The position numbers were made by a program, and so were the translations under genes. From NCBI GenBank assembly GCA_964525815.1, contig CAZGJQ010000001.1:1-63537 (forward strand): a stretch of DNA of 63,537 nucleotides, read 5' to 3'. Positions 60,433-63,537 of the stretch are shown piece by piece. Position 1 is the stretch's first letter. Every line of letters begins with the position of its first letter. Below the pieces are notes generated by a model. The model was not told the DNA's origin and searched no databases. It saw nothing but the letters and a program-made list of their open reading frames with translations. The stretch is from an uncultured Oscillospiraceae bacterium. Its GTDB lineage: Bacteria; Bacillota; Clostridia; Oscillospirales; CAG-382.

Positions 60433-62064
60433 ATGCTAAATACGCAGAAAAAGATTTGGAATGCCACACTCTATCTCCGTCTGTCCCGTGACGATGGCGA
60501 TAAGGAGGAGTCCAACAGCATTACCGGACAGCGTGAGCTGCTCCGGGACTACATATCGCAACGCCCCGAACTCAGGGAGTATGCGGTAAGGGTTGACGAT
60601 GGTTTTTCCGGTTCAACCTTTGAAAGACCGAGTTTTCAGAAAATGATTGAGGATGTTAAAGCAGGACGAACGGACTGCATTATCGTCAAAGACCTCAGCC
60701 GCTTCGGTCGTAACTATCTGGATGCCGGTGAGTATATCGAAAAGATATTCCCATTCCTCGGTGTCCGCTTCATTGCTGTCAATGACCATTATGACAGCCT
60801 CGGAGACAAGAAAGCCTCCGATGACTTAATTATTCCGATCAAAAACCTTATCAACGAAGCCTATTGCCGTGATATATCGGTGAAGATTCGCTCTCAGCTT
60901 GAAATCAAGCGAAAGAACGGCCAGTTCCTCGGCTCCTTTGCCACCTTTGGCTATCTTAAAGATGAACAAAACAAAAACAAGCTGGTCGTTGATGAGTACG
61001 CTGCCGATATTGTTCGTGACATCTTCAAATGGAAATTGGAGGGTGTCAGCCCACAGGATATAGCCGATACCCTTAATAAGCTGGGTGTCCTCTCTCCGAT
61101 GGAATACAAACGCTCCCTTGGGATGAAGTTCACCACTTCTTTTAAGACCAACACCAAAGCCTTATGGTCTGCAGGTACGGTGATTCGTATTCTAAAAAAC
61201 CCGATTTATACCGGCGTTCTCGTGCAAGGCAAGGAAACCACACCAAGCTATAAGGTTCATAAACGCATTACCAAGGATGAAAGCGAGTGGATTGTCATAG
61301 AGGACAGTCACGAAGCCATCATTACAAAAATTGACTTTAACAGCGTTCAAAAGATATTGAAACTGGATACCCGCCGCAGTCCGGATGACGAAGCGGTTCA
61401 GTTATTCAGCGGTATGGTGTTCTGTGGCGATTGCGGTGCCAGTATGGTTCGTAAAACCGTTCCCGCAGGCGGCAGGAAATATATTTATTATGTTTGCTCT
61501 GCCCATAAGCAGGACAAAAACTGCTCTCCCCATCGAATGAGAGATACAGTCCTTGAGGGAATCGTGCTGGACAGCTTGAAACAGCACATCCGTGAGGTAG
61601 TGGATATGAGCGAGCTGATAGAGATTACAGACACAGCTCCGCTTCGTACCGCACAGGCTCAAAAGGTTCAAAGGCAGCTTGACAAAAAGCACGAGGAATA
61701 TGAGAAACTCCAAAAACTGCTGATGTCGCTGTATGAAAACCTTACGGACGGTATTATCGACCGTGAGGAATATGCACGGCTAAAACAAAGCTTTGCCATC
61801 CGTGCCGATGAAACTGAAAAGCAGATGGACGCTCTCAGAGAAAGCCTTACCGATATTCAAAATCATGGTACGGAAAATGCGTGGACGGATGAGTTCATCA
61901 AACGGCAAGGATTGACGGCTCTTGACCGTGCCGTGGTGGTTGCACTGATAGATAAAATCTTGATACACAGCGATGATGTGCTGGAAATCATTTATCGCTG
62001 GCAGGATGAGTTTGCTTGGCAGATTGACATTCTTAGGAGTGCAAGGCTGCGGGAGGTAGTATAA
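60433..62064 (+). CDS. Large serine recombinase
   Basis: Resolvase catalytic domain (ATLYLRLSRDDGD...GQRELL; IVKDLSRFGRN), a recombinase domain, and a Zn-ribbon (CGDCGASM...YYVCSAH) followed by a coiled coil. Confidence 0.9.
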   Translation: MLNTQKKIWNATLYLRLSRDDGDKEESNSITGQRELLRDYISQRPELREYAVRVDDGFSGSTFERPSFQKMIEDVKAGRTDCIIVKDLSRFGRNYLDAGEYIEKIFPFLGVRFIAVNDHYDSLGDKKASDDLIIPIKNLINEAYCRDISVKIRSQLEIKRKNGQFLGSFATFGYLKDEQNKNKLVVDEYAADIVRDIFKWKLEGVSPQDIADTLNKLGVLSPMEYKRSLGMKFTTSFKTNTKALWSAGTVIRILKNPIYTGVLVQGKETTPSYKVHKRITKDESEWIVIEDSHEAIITKIDFNSVQKILKLDTRRSPDDEAVQLFSGMVFCGDCGASMVRKTVPAGGRKYIYYVCSAHKQDKNCSPHRMRDTVLEGIVLDSLKQHIREVVDMSELIEITDTAPLRTAQAQKVQRQLDKKHEEYEKLQKLLMSLYENLTDGIIDREEYARLKQSFAIRADETEKQMDALRESLTDIQNHGTENAWTDEFIKRQGLTALDRAVVVALIDKILIHSDDVLEIIYRWQDEFAWQIDILRSARLREVV

Positions 62065-63537
62065 ATGGCAAGGACAAAACGAAAGACAAATCCGCTTGTG
62101 CAGGAGGTGGCGACTCCCGCACCGGAAAAGAGAATATACAAAACAGCCGCCTATGTTCGCTTGTCCGTAGAAGACAGCGGAAAGCCAGGTACAGATACTA
62201 TTGAGGGACAAAAGGCTCTGCTGACCTCTTTTATTGAAAGCAAGGAAACGATGGAGCTTGTTTCTCTGTTCTGTGACAACGGGCGAACCGGCACGGACTT
62301 TGACCGCCCTCAGTTTGAGAAAATGATGGATGAGGTCCGCAGAGGTCGTATTGATTGCATCGTAGTGAAAGACCTATCCCGTTTCGGTCGCAACTATAAA
62401 GAAACCGGCAATTACCTGGAGCGTATCTTTCCGTTTCTCGGCGTTCGCTTCATCGCCGTCAATGACAATTTCGATACGCTGACGGCAGAACGGACGCAGG
62501 ATGGCTATATCGTGCCTCTCAAAAACCTTATCAACGAGGTTTATAGCAAAGATATTTCTAAAAAATCTGCATCTGCTCTCCATGTCAAGCAACAGAACGG
62601 TGAGTTCATCGGAGCGTGGGCACCGTATGGATACAGCAAAGACCCCGACAATAAGCACCACCTTGTTATTAACGAGGAAACAGCTCCCGTCGTACAGCAG
62701 ATATTCCGCTTACGTTATGAGGGTATCAGCGTGGTGCGGATAGGCAGGCGGCTCAACGATGCCGGTATTCTTTCCCCCTCGGCATATCTCTACGAAACAG
62801 GCGAGGTCAAGACAGAGAAATACAAGGGTGTGCTGTGGCATACGCAGATTATCAAGAGCATTTTAGCACATCCGGTTTACATAGGTCACATGGTTCAAGG
62901 GCGCAAAAGGCAGTCCTTTTATGAGGGTAAACGACAGACCTATGTGGACGAAGCCGACTGGATTATCGTCCGAAATACCCACGAACCGATTATTGATGAA
63001 GAAACCTTTGAGACGGTTCAGAAAATTGCATATCAAAAAAAGAGGGAATACAACGACCGCCTTGGAAAGTTCTCACATCTGGAACACACTGAGAATATTC
63101 TGCAAGGGCTTGTATGGTGTCCGAACTGCCAAAGACCGATGGTTCGATACAAGAATGTAAGCCACGAGAAAAAGCTGTGGTACACCTATATCTGCCCCAG
63201 TCATGCTGATGACCCTGCCCGCTGCTCCTTTGTGAGCATCCGTGAGGATGAACTGAATGAGGTGCTCTTTACGGCCATACAGTCACAGATAGATATAGCT
63301 GCGGATATGGAAGCGGTGGTGAAGAAGCTGAACGCACAACCGGACTACCGCCGTCAGCGTTCCGATTCCACAGCAAAGTTGGAAATGGCAAGGCGTACTC
63401 TAAAGCGTACCCATTCTCTCTATGACAGCCTGTATCAGAACTATGTGGAACAGCTTATGACCGAGCAAGAATATGTAACCCTCAAAGCAAGGTACAAAGC
63501 TGAAGCTGAGGAAGCCGAAAGGCTAATTGCCGTTTTG
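62065..63537 (+). CDS. Second large serine recombinase (3' end truncated by the window edge)
   Basis: Not in the ORF track because no stop is reached. ATG 62065 directly follows the TAA of the upstream gene. It translates as MARTKRKTN...AAYVRLSVEDSGK...VVKDLSRFGRNY...CPNCQRPM...YICPSH and remains open to 63537. Confidence 0.85.
   Translation, partial: MARTKRKTNPLVQEVATPAPEKRIYKTAAYVRLSVEDSGKPGTDTIEGQKALLTSFIESKETMELVSLFCDNGRTGTDFDRPQFEKMMDEVRRGRIDCIVVKDLSRFGRNYKETGNYLERIFPFLGVRFIAVNDNFDTLTAERTQDGYIVPLKNLINEVYSKDISKKSASALHVKQQNGEFIGAWAPYGYSKDPDNKHHLVINEETAPVVQQIFRLRYEGISVVRIGRRLNDAGILSPSAYLYETGEVKTEKYKGVLWHTQIIKSILAHPVYIGHMVQGRKRQSFYEGKRQTYVDEADWIIVRNTHEPIIDEETFETVQKIAYQKKREYNDRLGKFSHLEHTENILQGLVWCPNCQRPMVRYKNVSHEKKLWYTYICPSHADDPARCSFVSIREDELNEVLFTAIQSQIDIAADMEAVVKKLNAQPDYRRQRSDSTAKLEMARRTLKRTHSLYDSLYQNYVEQLMTEQEYVTLKARYKAEAEEAERLIAVL

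Noticed and set aside
1-63537. CRISPR arrays, tRNA/rRNA genes, retron-type RT loci and long terminal or direct repeats marking ICE ends.
   Set aside because: I saw no regularly spaced direct repeats and no cloverleaf-like or rRNA-like segments. The only RT is the group II intron protein. The element ends (att sites) are probably outside the window. Exhaustive repeat detection cannot be done by eye, so absence is provisional.

Overview
The window is almost entirely coding. It reads as a large internal segment plus the recombinase end of a Firmicutes (Clostridia-type) integrative conjugative element (ICE). All family names are recalled from translated motifs; no database search was possible.

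Backbone, plus strand:
- wHTH/replication-initiator-like gene, then PcfB.
- VirD4/TraG coupling-protein gene split by a complete group II intron (RT/maturase/HNH ORF, domain V visible).
- Maff2, VirB6/TrbL-like, PrgI, VirB4 ATPase, an acidic Cys-cluster protein, NlpC/P60 hydrolase, DUF4315, SH3/DUF4366, topoisomerase III.
- ArdC-like ssDNA-binding metalloprotease and a transfer-assisting protein.
- A 2917-aa polyvalent protein (ArdC-N-like, MutS-I-like, N6-adenine methyltransferase, SNF2 helicase).
- DUF3846, DUF3849, MobC, relaxase.
- Near the right edge: sigma-r4-like HTH, two ParB-like proteins, an orphan MazF, and two tandem large serine recombinases. The second recombinase runs off the window.

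Three visibly more AT-rich cargo blocks interrupt the backbone:
1. A GNAT acetyltransferase with an attenuator-like leader.
2. A CsoR-type repressor plus a DMT transporter with a His-rich tail.
3. A roughly 22-kb minus-strand block.

The third block holds the most interesting locus, at 33.7-50.3 kb. It is an 11-gene, translationally coupled defence island: HTH, SNF2 helicase, DUF4391, coiled-coil TIR, type III Mod, AbiJ-NTD-like protein, type III Res, cytoplasmic SIMPL, DUF6508-like, DUF262/DUF1524 and DUF262. It is followed by an XRE/ImmA-controlled operon carrying an orphan PD-(D/E)xK-like protein, a Y-family polymerase and YolD.

Other notable observations:
- A complete TnpV-family ORF nested out of frame inside the polyvalent gene.
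- A basic-PSVLxKL motif at a fixed distance from the C-terminus of five backbone proteins.
- A relaxase whose conserved N-terminus begins at ATC.
- A divergent promoter packed with Cheo/LexA-box-like half-sites.
- An approximately 450-nt ORF-free structured region.
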